NCBI RefSeq assembly: GCF_020745735.1
Contig: NC_083409.1
Span: 20,108,341-20,172,340, forward strand
DNA: 64,000 nucleotides
Source of the DNA: Hemiscyllium ocellatum
Lineage: Eukaryota
Direction: 5' to 3'
Part shown: in pieces, positions 12,727 through 24,986 of the stretch
Layout of the letters: each line of letters begins with the position of its first letter
Position numbering within the stretch: position 1 is the first letter of the stretch
Translations under genes and position numbers: made by a program
Notes under the pieces: generated by a model
The model's input: only the letters and a program-made list of their open reading frames with translations
The model's database searches: none
Told to the model about the DNA's origin: nothing

Positions 12727-12952
12727 ATAAAACATACGACACCAGGTTGTAGTCCAACAAGTTTACTTGGAAGTACTGTACTAGCTTTCAGAGTGCTGCT
12801 CCTTCATCAGCTAGCTGCAGACCAGGATCATAACATCCTGTGTCTTATGATCCTGCTTGACAATGACCTGATGAAGGAGAAGCACTCTGAAAGCTAGTAC
12901 TGTACTTGCAAGTAAACCTGCTGGACTACAACCTGGTGTTGTGTGATTTTTA
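12727..12952. repeat. Fold-back element with a nested inner hairpin
   Basis: Arms acaccaggttgtagtcc...ccttcatcag and its reverse complement; inner stem caggatcataa/ttatgatcctg. Confidence 0.9.
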
Positions 12953-13799
12953 ACTTTGTCCACCCCAGTCCAATACCAGCACCTCCACATTATAAATTTC
13001 ATTCGATGCTAGGACAAAAACCATAACCCTTACTTAAGTCTCGGAACAAAGATGACATCTTTGGAAACTTCCAGAAATATCTGATATAAACATCACTTAA
13101 AAGAATCTTGACCTAATATACACAAGAGTGTTGATTCAATGCAAAGTTGACAAATCTAGTTTGGGAAAATGAAAAACATCATAGAGAATTTTAAATTTCT
13201 TTCATTTGCTATGATTCCATTTTTACAAATAGTTATTCCCATCTATTTGAATAAACATTCAAACACATGGATGAAGATTCTAAAAGACCAAGCACGCTGC
13301 CAGGGAGCCTCAATAAATGCTGAAACCCTCCATGAGAGTCCATGTAAATACCAAATACCAACACATTCTCAGGGACATTTTTAAAATGCTGACACCCCAG
13401 CAACACTGAAAACATTCCAGAAAACAGATAGGAAATAATAAACTTCCCAAAACGTATCCCATGAATACTAAACACACCCATATGCCCCTGGCAATACCAA
13501 ACACTTTCCCAGGGTCACCACTTTGAAAACTCTGCCATCCCTTATGTAAGAACACCTGTCTTCCCCACCCGTTCTGGTCTCCATATGTCTCCAAGCCCAC
13601 AGCAACATGGTTGGCTCTTCAGTCTGAAGTAGCCAAGTAAGCCACCTAGTTCTTCCATAAACTGCTGGGGAAGGTAAATAATAAAACCTAACACACCATG
13701 TAATAACAATCAAAGAACCAGAAATAACAGCGATCCCAGACAACTCTGCAAAGTTCTCCTTACTCATATTCAGGGATTGTGTCTAATTGCCCCACAGAA

Positions 13800-15450
13800 C
13801 ACTCAAGATTCAGCCTGACATAGTCACACCCAATTTACAGCCAATGTTGCACACTCCTCCTTAGCAGGACAGACTCAGCAGAGGTAGTGGCAGTATCATA
13901 CAATTGGGAGTGAGTTGCTCTGGGAGACTTCAATATTGACTTCAGATTCCATAAGGTCTGAGGGCATCAGGTCAACCATGGACAACTTCCTGCTGATTCC
14001 CGCCACCCCCTAACTGGTGAATCAGTATTCCATGTTGAGGAAGTGGTGAGGATGGCAAGGGCTCAGAATGTACTCTAAGTATATGACTTCAGTTTTCATC
14101 TCCAAAAATACTTCCATAGCAGCACTAATGGCCAGGTTGGTGCAGGGTGGCACGGTGGCACAGTGGTTAGCACTGCTGCCTCACAGCGCCTGAAGACCCG
14201 GGTTCAATTCCCGACTCAGGCGACTGACTGTGTGGAGTTTGCACATTCTCCCCGTGTCTGCGTGGGTTTCCTCCGGGTACTCCGGTTTCCTCCCACAGTC
14301 CAAAGATGTGCGGGTCAGGTGAATTGGCCATGCTAAATTGCCCGTAGTGTTAGGTAAGGGGTAAATATAATGGTATGGGTATGGGTGGGTTGCGCTTCGG
14401 TGGGTCGGTGTGGACTTGTTGGGCCGAAGGGCCTGTTTCCACACTGTAAGTAATCTAATCTAATCTAAATTTGGTAGATTTGGTCTGCAGCACATAGTAA
14501 CAAAACCAATGGGGAAAATAACCAACTTAACTCCATCCTTCTCTGATACTTATGAAGGGATAAGAGGACACTGCAATAGCAATAAGGCTTGAAAACATAT
14601 TAACTATACGATTGGTGGTTTGTGCTCCAGAATGAGTCATATCTCTTGGCAATCTGTTTAAATGCAGCAACAACACTGACAACTACTAACAATGTGTAAA
14701 TTTACCCAGGTTAATCCTGCCCTCAAAATGGAGGAATGTCCAAAGTATTCAAACGTTGCTCCATCTGTCTCTGCTTAACCTTCAGCAAAATGGTTGATCA
14801 TCATTAACAATGCAATGAAGAAATACATTCCCAAATAAAACGGTGACTGATGCCCAGTTTGGCTTCTGTCAGGGCCATTCAGCTCCAATCCTCATTACAT
14901 CCAATAATTGGGCTGACATTACGGGAGCTTTTGGTGAAGTATGATATCAAGGAGTGTTAGAAAAATTGAAACCAATGGAATTAGGAAATAGTTGTGCCTG
15001 TTGCAGGTTCAAACACCTCAGTCCCAGGGCATTGTCCTAGATCCAATCATCTTCAGAGTCCTTTTCTCCATAAGGTCTGAAATGGGGATGCTTCATGACT
15101 CACACTGTTGAATCCCATTCATAATTCCTCAGCTGTATTCCAAGTCACTATCAGTAAAACCTGAACAACATTCTAGAAGTCTTGGGCTGATAGGTTAGAA
15201 ATAACATTGGTGACAAACAGTGCCAGACAATGACCAAAACATAGGATCCAGTCATCTCCCCTCATCATTCAGGACATTACCATCGTTGAATCCCACTAAC
15301 AGTATCCTGGAGGATGTCACCATTTACCAGAAATGGAACTGGATTAGCCAAATAAACAAGGTTTACAGGAGGCTGTGAACTCTGTGCGAAGTAATTTACC
15401 TCCTGACTCGGCAAAGTCTGATGCAAAAAGTACAAGTCAGGATGCTTCAG
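13800..15450 (+). mobile_element. Old LINE (L2/CR1 group) remnant
   Basis: VALGDFNID at ~13915 and a QFGF..GHSAP-like RT region at ~14850. Interrupted by HE1. Confidence 0.55.
14146..14468 (+). mobile_element. HE1-type SINE, full length
   Basis: tRNA-like A/B boxes (tggcacagtgg, ggttcaattcc), central conserved body and (taatc)n tail. Confidence 0.92.
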
Positions 15451-16398
15451 AAGGGATTAACTCTGCTTTCTCTCCACAGATGCTGCCAGACCTGCTAGAG
15501 TTTAAGAAATTTCTGTTTTGTTTCCACATCAGGATGTCTGGATGAATGCAGCTTGGGGAAGAAGGCACTAAGTACAGTAAATCCCTCTGTCACACTGACA
15601 ACTCAATGCTCTTCCAATTACATAGCTCTTCTTTGAGGTTTTCCCCTGTTTGGTTGAAAATTGAAAAAAAAAATTCTAATAATAGTTTCGTCTCACTGAG
15701 AAAGCTTCAGTCCAACCCACATCCTACAATCTGCTCTGAAAACTCTGCTCACATTTTGATAAAGTGCAACGCAGTTGCTGAAATATTCCACAACAAAAGT
15801 AAAACACACAATATTCTTAAAAAATGAATTCACTATTTTCCATGTTGACAGATCCATTAAAATTCCAGATACAAATTCAGATCATTGCCAAGAAGTCCAG
15901 TCCTTCCTTGGGCCAAAATATATTGTCTACTACATTTTGTTGAAACAAATGTGATTGTTTTTGAGATGTATTGCCTGCCGAAAAACAGGAATTATTACAA
16001 AAAATATTTCAAGAAGTTGAAATCAAGGACAATGTAGCACCCAATGGCACCCAATATAAGCCTTTTATATTCCTCAGTCACTGTTGCACAATGCCAGCAG
16101 TTCAGCAACCTATCAAGGCTTGTGTCTCAACACTATCCAAACTCCTGACCTCCACCTATGAAAGCAAAGATAACAAGTACATTGGAGCTCCCCTCCAAAC
16201 CATGTACCACCAAAATTTGGAATTATAAAGACATTCCTTCACTGTCATTTGGTCAAACATCTGCAAAGTTCACCCTTACTGCAATTCAAAACTCACCACA
16301 TTACGAAACACAATCAATGAAGAGTAATAAATGCTGCTATGCTTGCAATACTTGTGTCATGAATGACCAAAAAATAATAAGACATAGAATAAACAGAC

Positions 16399-16936
16399 CA
16401 GGGGTATGGAACCTGCGGCCTTCCAGGCCATTGTGTGTGGCCTTTTGAATGAATCCAAATTTTGCAGAACAAATCTTTTACTTTTTTATTAATTTTTTTT
16501 CATCCTTTATTGTTTTATTTTAATCTTAACATGAATGTATTTAAAATACCAGAGAGTAAAAGAAAATTCAGCAAAATAATTCTCGCAGATTGACCGCCAC
16601 AATAAAAAAATTGGTAAGTCATAAGGGCTATTTCGACACCTGCTATGCTCATGATTTAGTTATAATGCGACTCTAGATTGTACGTTATCTTCCCTGCCTG
16701 ACTGGAGCCACTTCTGCCTGAGGCTGGTTGGCGAGAGCCTGTGTGTATCCAGTACACCAGTGTTTATCAACTGATGACAACAGTGCACGTGGCTTTCCAT
16801 TTGAAGTGAAATTTGAGAATAGTTACATAGTTTAACAGTATCACCATTTATACAATTGAAGTCTCCTGGATGAGACCTTATTACATTACAACTAACATTA
16901 TGTGGCCTTCCAACATAAAAAGTTTCCCCACCTCTG
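16399..16936. mobile_element. Non-autonomous hAT DNA transposon
   Basis: Ends caggggtatggaac / gtttccccacctctg with a perfect 8-bp TSD aaacagac (16391-16398, 16937-16944). Confidence 0.9.
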
Positions 16937-16949
16937 AAACAGACCATTC

Positions 16950-17535
16950 AACCCAAGTTCACTTCACCTTTCAGTAAGCTTATGGGTTATCTGATAATCT
17001 GCAACTCCACTTTCCTGCCTGTTCACATAACCTTCTATTTTCTTACTGGACAAAAATTAATTTTAGCTTTGAATATGTTTAGCTTCCCAGCCCTGACAAT
17101 CTTGTGGTAAAGAATTCCACAGATTCACTGCCCTGAGAAGGAACTCCTCCTAACTGGTTTCAAATGAGCGACCCCTTACTCCGAGTTTATGCCCTCTGAC
17201 CCTAGACTTTATCACAAACGTGAAATACTCTCTCAGCATCTACCCTGTCAAGTCTTCTAAGAATTCCTTATGTGTCAATCAGGTTCCCTCTCATTCTTTT
17301 AAACTCCAATCAATACGAGTCTAACTTATTCAACCTGTCATAAGAAAATCCCTCCATCCACAGAATTAACAGTGAACTTTCTCTGGATTATCTCAAATAC
17401 CAGTATATTTTTCCTCAGATAAGGGGATCAAACTCTTCATGGTATAATTTTAGCAAGACCTCTCTATTTTTACACACTGCTCCCTTTGAAATAAAGGCCA
17501 AGAGTGCTTTGCCTTCACTATTACCTGCTGAGCTC
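16950..17535 (-). mobile_element. CR1 LINE 3' fragment
   Basis: Typical CR1 3' ORF2 and UTR in reverse (gaattccacagattcac, ccccttactccgag). Confidence 0.75.
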
Positions 17536-18043
17536 AGCCTCTCAATTTACATGAATTAATTTTGAGTGAATCAGCCACCAGAAGAATAATTCCATCTGAA
17601 TAACAGTAGAAATAGGTTAGCAAATGCAAAGACCATGAACTCATCACAAAGCTGGCACCAGAACAGCATCAAACATGAAGCACCTTTCCATCATAGATCT
17701 GTATGTTTCCTTCTTGTTGGGAAACAAAGAATTTGGCTTTTTTATTGAAGTGGGGAGTGGAAATCTAGCAAATCAGATATTGCTGACGGAATCACGGATG
17801 ACCTATGTAGAAAGGGATCTGAACCACTGTAAGTCAGAGTAGGTGAGAACATCAGGTTTCCATCCTTTAAAGACATGAATAAACTATTTGTTGCAACAAT
17901 GCATATGCCTGCACAATCGTGTGTTTGGAGGAGCTCATAGATACTTTAAATGCAGTGGTGCAAACTTCGGGCTGCTAGTCTAGAAAACAAAGTAACTAGT
18001 ATGGAATATATGGAAGTTAATTTGGCAGTTATGTCATTAACTT

Positions 18044-18439
18044 TGTGGAGTAATGCATGTATCGGGTCATGTAACAGGGCTCAGGTAACAGATAATGGTA
18101 GCACACTCTGATAGGCTAGTTAAATCACACGATAGATGAGCTAATGTTAAAGATGATGGTGGTGCAATGTGATAGGTTAAGCGGTAGACCAGTGTGTCAG
18201 GCGATGATTAGTTTAGAGAGACAAAGCAAGCTAGTATGATTGGTTATGCTAATGCTATCAGATTAGTGTAGAAACTAGGAAAGTATAAACTGGAGAGACT
18301 CCAGGAGGAGGGTGGGCAGAAAGGACAGACAGTTTTTGATTGCCACAGCTTGTATTTGCAAATAAAAGTTTAACTTCATGAAGGATTTTCTGCATCTCCT
18401 GGTAATTTTCTTAGAGTAGTGGGTGTTCTTTCCACCACA
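18044..18439 (+). mobile_element. Probable solo LTR
   Basis: TGTGG...CCACA termini, gtataaa at ~18283 and aataaa at 18361. No matching TSD found. Confidence 0.5.
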
Positions 18440-18708
18440 CCCCTCACAATCTCAGTCTCTTGTTTAAAATCTAGAATGAATCATTAATCTCTGGGACAAT
18501 GTCCTCTTTGGCAACATTGAGTGTGAAGGTCAATGACACTCTCATTGTGACTTGATCTGGGTTGTCTCCAGTTAGTTTGTGCTTTTGTTCCGGGCCCAGA
18601 CAGGCCTGACCAAACTGAGAGGGGAGGGAGAAGCAATAACATCCTCAGACAGAAAGAATACTCCCAGCAAGGGAGAGAGAGCATTAAAAGGGAGACCCCT
18701 CAAAGAGT

Positions 18709-18852
18709 GGGAACGGCAACAGCAACGCTCCCCAAAGCGGGAGAGGAGACAGTAACAGCGAGACCGCCTGGGGAGGGAAAGGGGACTGTAACTGCGATGC
18801 TCCCCAAAGAGAGAGAGGGGACAGGAACAGTGACACTCCTCAGGATGGGGAG
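18709..18852. repeat. 36-bp tandem repeat, 4 diverged units
   Basis: Units gggaacggcaacagcaacgctccccaaagcgggaga / ggagacagtaacagcgagaccgcctggggagggaaa / ggggactgtaactgcgatgctccccaaagagagaga / ggggacaggaacagtgacactcctcaggatggggag. Confidence 0.85.
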
Positions 18853-19901
18853 GTCAGGAATTGCTTGTTCCCCACTTTCTCGCTGTGCTGTAATGTATGT
18901 TTCTGGGAAATTAGATTGTTTTATATTTTCACAGTAGACGAGGTGATTCACTAACAAGTATTCCAATTCCATATTTCCTATCACAGCAGATCCATTGAAG
19001 GTCATCCTTTCATTTGGAGCTTGCCCAGGTTTCTGTCCAGGCTGATACAGCATGATCTACCAGTGCTGCTCCTATTGGGCTAAACCATCACACACGAGGG
19101 AATCTGACGGGCACTTTCTCTTTGTGCTGGCAAAGGGAGAGATTTGCCTTTACTGCAATGGTGGCCAAAGAAATGAGTCAGTGGAGGTAGTTCCAGCTGA
19201 ATATCATGTTCTGATGTTCATGATGGGATTAACCTCGACAGTTCCCATTTGCTTTAAACACCGACAGTGGAACAGGAAGTCACCACGCAGTGGTCTCCTG
19301 GTTCACACTGAGAAACCAAGTTGATGGTATAACTGTAGAGAGCAAGGCACTGGCTTGGACTCACCGAACAACCAGAGGCTTCAGCCAACAACTGGGTCAC
19401 AGGCAAATGGCGTGTTGTATAAACTCTCAGAATCTCAGGGAACAAACACAACTACTGAGCTACAAAACTGAACAGGATATTTTTATTGCCAATTAGCATT
19501 CCAAAAATCAATTTGAAACATAACATTTATAAAACCTGGGTGCAATCTCATTTCAAATATAGCTACAAATACTACAGCCTTTTCTTTGAATGCTAGACGA
19601 TAGTGAGATGAGAATTCAAACACCCACCCAGCCCTTCACTCGGTGTTGAAGATGCACTGTCCTCATTTGGAAATGTCTCAATAACACATAAGGAGAGAGA
19701 AATATTGAAAACAGTATTATCATGAGAACGTGTCCATTAAAAACGAGTACCATGATTTTAAATTATTCCAGCCATAGACAACACTGATGCATGTATGTCA
19801 TTAGCTTGTTAAACAATATCAAGACGTCTGTGATCAGAAAGAGAAAAAGGACAATGTGCAGATTGTTGAACAGGACCCGACACCTGGACCTGAGGCAGGA
19901 G

Positions 19902-20895
19902 GAAGTGAGGACTGCAGATGCTGGAGATCAGAGCTGAAAATGTGTTGCTGGAAAAGCGCAGCAGGTCAGGCAGAATCTAAGGAGCAGGAGAATCGACGTA
20001 TCAGGCATGAGCCCTTCTTCAGGAATGAGGAAAGTGTGTCCAGCAGGCTAAGATAGAAAGTAGGGAGGAGGGACTTGGGGGAGGGGCATTGGAAATGCAA
20101 TAAGTGGAAGGAGGTCAAGGTGAGGGTGATAGGCCAGAGTGGGGGTGGGGTGTGGGCGGAGAGGTCAGGAAGAAGATTGCAGGTTAGGAAGGCGGTGCTG
20201 AGTTTGAGGGATTTGACTGGGACAAGGTTGGGAGAAGGGGAAATTAGGAAACTGGAGAAATCTAGGTTCATCCCTTGTGGTTGGAGGGTTCCTAGGAGGA
20301 AGGCGCTCTTCCTCCAGCCATCGTGTTGCTATGGTCTGGCGATGGAGGAGTCCAAGGACCTACATGTCCATGGTGGAGTGGGAGGCGGAGTTGAATGTTA
20401 AGCTATGGGGCGGTTGGGTTGGTTGGTTGGTCCGGGTGTCCCAGAGGTGTTCCCTGAAACGTTCCGCAAGTAGGTGGCCTGTCTCCCCTATATAGAGGAG
20501 GCCACATTGGGTGCAGCGGATGCAGTAAATGATGTGTGTGGAGGTGCAGGTGAATTTGTGGCGGATATGGAAGGATCCCTTGGGGCCTTGGAGGGAAGTA
20601 AAGGGGGAGGTGTGGGTGCAAGTATAGCATTTCTTGTGGTTGCAAGTGAAGGTCCCGGGAGTGGAGGTTGGGTTGGTGGGGAGTGTGGACCTGACGAGGG
20701 AGTCACGGAGGGAGAGGTCTTTTCGGAACGCTGATAAGAGAGGGGAGAGAAATATATCTCAGCCAAATCCCTCGAACTCAGCACCGCTTTCCTAACCTGC
20801 AATCTTCTTCCTGACCTCTCCACTCCCATTCCCACTCTCGCCTATCACCCTCACCTTGACCTATCACATTTCCAACGCCCCTCCCCCCAGTCCAT
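19902..20895. mobile_element. Penelope-like insertion with an inverted terminal segment
   Basis: Flanked by the 13-bp duplication cctgaggcaggag (19889-19901, 20896-20908). 20755-20895 is an inverted copy of ~20060-20225. Confidence 0.85.
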
Positions 20896-22509
20896 CCTGA
20901 GGCAGGAGCCCAAGCTCCAACACACTGGCCTCACTTCATACCAACCTTCACACAGTGCGGGGTCATGAACTCCGGCCATCAATTCCTCAGTCATTATGAA
21001 ATAAAATATTAACTCCTGTTCTTTTTACAGGTCATGACTGCCCTACTGTACTAAAGACTGAGATATGGTGTGTGTGTGTCTGTGTGAGAGACAGAGGTAG
21101 AGAGAGAGGCAGAGAAAGCCCTAAAACTCATGCAAAGATTCACCCTTTGTGATTCGGTTTGAATACACATTTGTTTGTTGGTGATTGAATGTTTGTCCTT
21201 TGTTCCCTGGAGTTCAAGATCCAGGACTGTTTTGAATCTGATTTGCATTTTGGAAATTTAACATGATTACTTTTAAGTTTAAGGACCCTTCAGTTGTTAT
21301 GAAATAAAATGTTAACTCCTGTTCTTTTAACAGGTCATGACTGCCCTACTGTCAGTTTCTAACCAATCTCTTTTAACCTTACATGAAAGACAACCTTATT
21401 CAATTTCAAATCAGTTTAATATGGAGGAAAACAACATTATAAGTTTTTTTTGTTTCAGACTCGTTTATTTCCACTTAATTTTAAGATTGCTGTATTTTAA
21501 TGGTGATTATTGGTAAGGACAGTTGTAGTCTTATTGAGTTTATCCCCTCCCTCAATGACAATTGAAGTTTCAGTTTAACATTAGCTTGTGATAAATCATC
21601 TAACCAAATTAATATCCTATGGTTAATATCTGTGTTTTTGGATTTGGCCATTATTCGTGCATTGGGAGTTTTTTTTTTCATTTGAATATACAAGACATTT
21701 TAAGGCAGCTCCAGTTGTTTCATGACCTTTGCATTGTAAATGGGCAATGACTGGTCAGGACCACTTAAGAATCCTCATCTTGGATTTAAATTAAGGGACT
21801 AAAGCCAGATAATTATAGTGGATTTCAAAGTTGTGAACCGTTTACATTTTGCATTTTCAATATTAAATACTGAATAAATGAATTTCCAAAATAAAATGTT
21901 GCATGTTATTCAGATCTATCTTGTAAAACTAATGACCATCACCACAGAGGAGATCTGCTCTCAAAACAAGACAAAGAGAACTAAGGTCTGTTGAGCCTCC
22001 AATGTCCACAAAATAAATGAAAACTTCTTTTCCAGACTCTTCTTCAGGTGGATCCCCACTCAGTAATGCGTAAAGTATGCTTGGTACCACTCCACTCAGT
22101 GCTCTCGCCAAAAACAAAATCCAAACTGAATTCTATCCATATCATTAGGTGTCCCTAACAAATGAAAAAGGATGCCTGCTGACTTAAGCAGGCACTGCTG
22201 ACACCCAGCATTGCACCCTTTGGACAATAGGGATAGCCAAACATATCGAGCAACAGGGTGGTAAATCAATCACTGTTTCTTTTGTAGCATCACAGCCCCA
22301 TTGCCATGGTGTTAGCGGGCTCCACAATTCACAGCCATATGATACAGTGACCAGGACAAGTGAATGAGACAAATCACCTATTTAATTATTCTCCTCTTGC
22401 AATTTTTGATTAGCTGAAAATTCAAATCCTAAAACTAGCTTTCAGATTATGACAATCAAGATTCCAAAATGTATTGTTAGGAACAGGCTTTAAAATTAGA
22501 CAAACATAA

Positions 22510-22926
22510 ATTGGTTAAATAAGGTTAAAATGAAACTAGAGGCAAGGAGATCAAGTACAGAAGGGAAGAGAATGATTCAATAAGAAGAATAAAGCAGCAG
22601 AGTACAGTTTTTAAAATGTCTTAGTCACTTGTTGGGTTCCCACCCTGAATTACAGATAATGATTATTTTATTTATTATTTTATAACAATATATTATAATA
22701 TTTATAATAATCAATTATATTATCCCAAATCAAAATTATTTGGTGGGGTCGCTTGTTTTTATCCCTTTACACATTGTCAGTGACCTGTCCCATTGCCTCA
22801 TGGTTAATTTAAAACATGGCTGCATTAATTCATTGTTAATTAAAGAATGGAACGCTACCTTCCTGGCTAGTTGAAGAAATTCTGCATGTGATTGGGGGAT
22901 AGAGATATAGCAGATGGAACTCCCAA
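22510..22926 (+). repeat. ~417 bp internal ERV duplication, copy 1
   Basis: Near-identical to 24570-24986 (offset 2060); contains a very AT-rich core. Confidence 0.92.
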
Positions 22927-24115
22927 AAGCTAGGGAGGTGACTGTGAATAGGTATATAAAAAGAAGGGACATGAGAAAACAGTGTAAGGCCACTAAGGTT
23001 GAGGAATATATAAACAAGTTTAAAGCAACAATGCCACAAAATAAAGAACTTAGATTCTACTCGAAATCCCGAGCCTATGTCTGGCATACCGACCCTTTGT
23101 TGGGATTTTGTTCTTGTATACCCACAGAGCCCCTAACATCTCCTGATTGTCCCCAGCTTTAATTTTAAACCACCCACTTGTTGCAAACCTTTCCTTCTTT
23201 TGGAAATGAAGTCTTCATAGCCAATATCATGGTGATAAGTCACCTGTGCCATCCTAAACCAGGTCCCATCCCAGGAACTATAGTTATGTTAATGAGCCAT
23301 GTCCCTGACTGCAAGACCAAACTGGACAAATTTGCTCAATATGTCCAAGGGTGATACAAATGTAAATGCAGTAAAATTCTTAGAGGTTGCCTTGTGGTTG
23401 GAGGGTTCCCAGGCGGAAGATGAGGCGCTCCTCCTCCAGCCGTCGTGTAGTTTATCTCAGCCGGCTTGGCTCTCTCTCTCTTATTCCTGATGAAGGGCTT
23501 ATGCTCGAAACGTCGAATTCTCTATTCCTGAGATGCTGCCTAACCTGCTGTGCTTTGACCAGCAACACATTTGCAGCTGTGATCTCCAGCATCTGCAGAC
23601 CTCATTTTTTACTCAAATTCTTAGAGTAACCTGAATATGAATGGCTTGTGTTACAAGACTGTAAGATTTGCCTATCTGTCTGATGTTTTTGCAATGTTTT
23701 CCACCTGGAGTCACTGACAGGACCCAGACCAACATTACGAAACAGTCCAGGAATTTCTAGTTGCAAATGAGGTGAGTGGTGGCTTTCTATTGGGATGGCC
23801 AGAACCGGACTGAACCATCATGCAAGTTACAGGTAAAACCAATTGTATCCAGCGCCCACGTGATCCCAAATGCCGTATGCCAGCCCTGATAGGGTTGTTT
23901 GGAACCAGGATACCCACTGGGGGTGGAACTACCTCATGTACCCACCCGACGATCACTGCTGGACAACCTTTTCCCAAGGGGATCCTGAAAATGGGGACAG
24001 GCAAGCCCCAGTATTTCCCCTTTGAGACTGGCAACAAGACAGCAAAATCCCCCAGGGACAAATGCCTGGCCCTTGCTTTAACTGTTGAAATGTGGCCAAT
24101 GGGGAGTAATGTACC
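22914..24115 (+). pseudogene. gag: ERV gag remnant
   Basis: QCKATKVEEYINKF (~22980-23025) has the spacing of the capsid major homology region (Q-x3-E-x4-Y-x2-R-F). VPDCKTKLDKF (~23300-23335) resembles the capsid C-terminal PD..KL motif. CFNC*NV.. at 24074 is a decayed CCHC knuckle. Multiple stops and frameshifts. Confidence 0.6.
23386..23614. mobile_element. Short Penelope-derived insertion inside ERV gag
   Basis: Penelope terminal-repeat sequence flanked by a perfect 12-bp duplication aaattcttagag (23374-23385, 23615-23626). Confidence 0.85.
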
Positions 24116-24129
24116 TCGGTGCTGACGTT

Positions 24130-24395
24130 GGGAATGTTTTCATCTTATCAAAAGGAAAATCTACTAACATGCACTGATTCTTCATTGTGCTTTTAATGTA
24201 ATCCACGATTTTGGAGCCTTGTGCTAACATTGAAGACTTTTAACCTCAAGGGGGCAGTGTTATAGTAATGTTACTTTGTCCAATCAATCTGACAATTATC
24301 AAAATGTTCGGCTCATGCTGAAGAAGCTGATACTGTTTCTAAAGTAGGAGGCAAGTAGATGCAGCTGCCAAGAGGGCAGCCTTACACCCCAAACT
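24130..24395 (+). pseudogene. pol: ERV pol remnant: C-terminal half of RNase H
   Basis: Across frameshifts reads GKSTN.(T)DS..AFNVIHDFGAL, then LLCPINLTIIK, KCSAHAEEADTVSK and VDAAAKRAAL, matching the retroviral RNase H pattern YTDSRYAFGVVHDFG...IIKC.AH...GN..ADAAAK.AA. Confidence 0.75.
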
Positions 24396-24569
24396 TCTGA
24401 TCCCATTGGGTCCCTAGCAAAACCCGGTTAGACACAGTATAAGGATGTGTGTGCCAGACCTGGGTAAGGTGCAGAAATCATGGTAGAATGAGACTGTCTG
24501 TTCAGTGCCAATTCACAATGTAGAGTTTGATTTCTGTATTGCTTACTGACTGTCATCATACCGGTTTAG

Positions 24570-24986
24570 ATTGGTTAAATAAGGTTAAAATGAAACTAGA
24601 GGCAAGGAGATCATGTACAGAAGGGAAGAGAATGACGCAAAAAGAAGAATAAAGCAGCAGAGTACAGTATTTAAAATGTCTTAGTCACTTGTTGGGTTCC
24701 CACCCTGAATTACAGATAATGATTATTTTATTTATTATTTCATAATAATATGTTATAATATTTATAATAGTCAATTATATTAGCCCAAATCAAAATTATT
24801 TGGTGGGGTCGCTTGTTTTTATCCCTTTACACATTGTCAGTGACCTGTCCCATTGCCTCATGGTTAATTTAAAACATGGCTGCATTAATTCATTGTTAAT
24901 GTAAGAATGGAAAGCTACCTTCCTGGCTCGTTGAAGAAATTCTGCATGTGATTGGGTTGTAGAGATATTGCAGATGGAACTCCCAA
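24570..24986 (+). repeat. ~417 bp internal ERV duplication, copy 2
   Basis: Near-identical to 22510-22926. Confidence 0.92.

Larger units (their letters stand above)
18480..20988 (-). repeat. Inverted partial copy of the unit 1/2 flank (no C exon)
   Basis: ORF 19254-19451(-) mirrors 1451-1738(+). 20960-20988 is the reverse complement of ~31250-31280, and 18480-18620 matches ~2290-2420. Confidence 0.85.

Noticed and set aside
14146-14225. tRNA-like A/B boxes
   Set aside because: They are the head of an HE1 SINE, not a tRNA gene.
18605-18625. accaaactgaga (TKLR, as in kappa J)
   Set aside because: Lies in the duplicated flank repeat, on the wrong strand, and has no FG or RSS.
21239-21248. 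Ig promoter decamer tgatttgcat
   Set aside because: It lies in the ERV leader, oriented for a + strand gene, with no leader or V exon downstream. One hit in 64 kb is expected by chance.
22510-24986. The two 417-bp direct repeats as LTRs of a small element
   Set aside because: No TG...CA termini, PBS or PPT. The real LTR follows the PPT at 27769.
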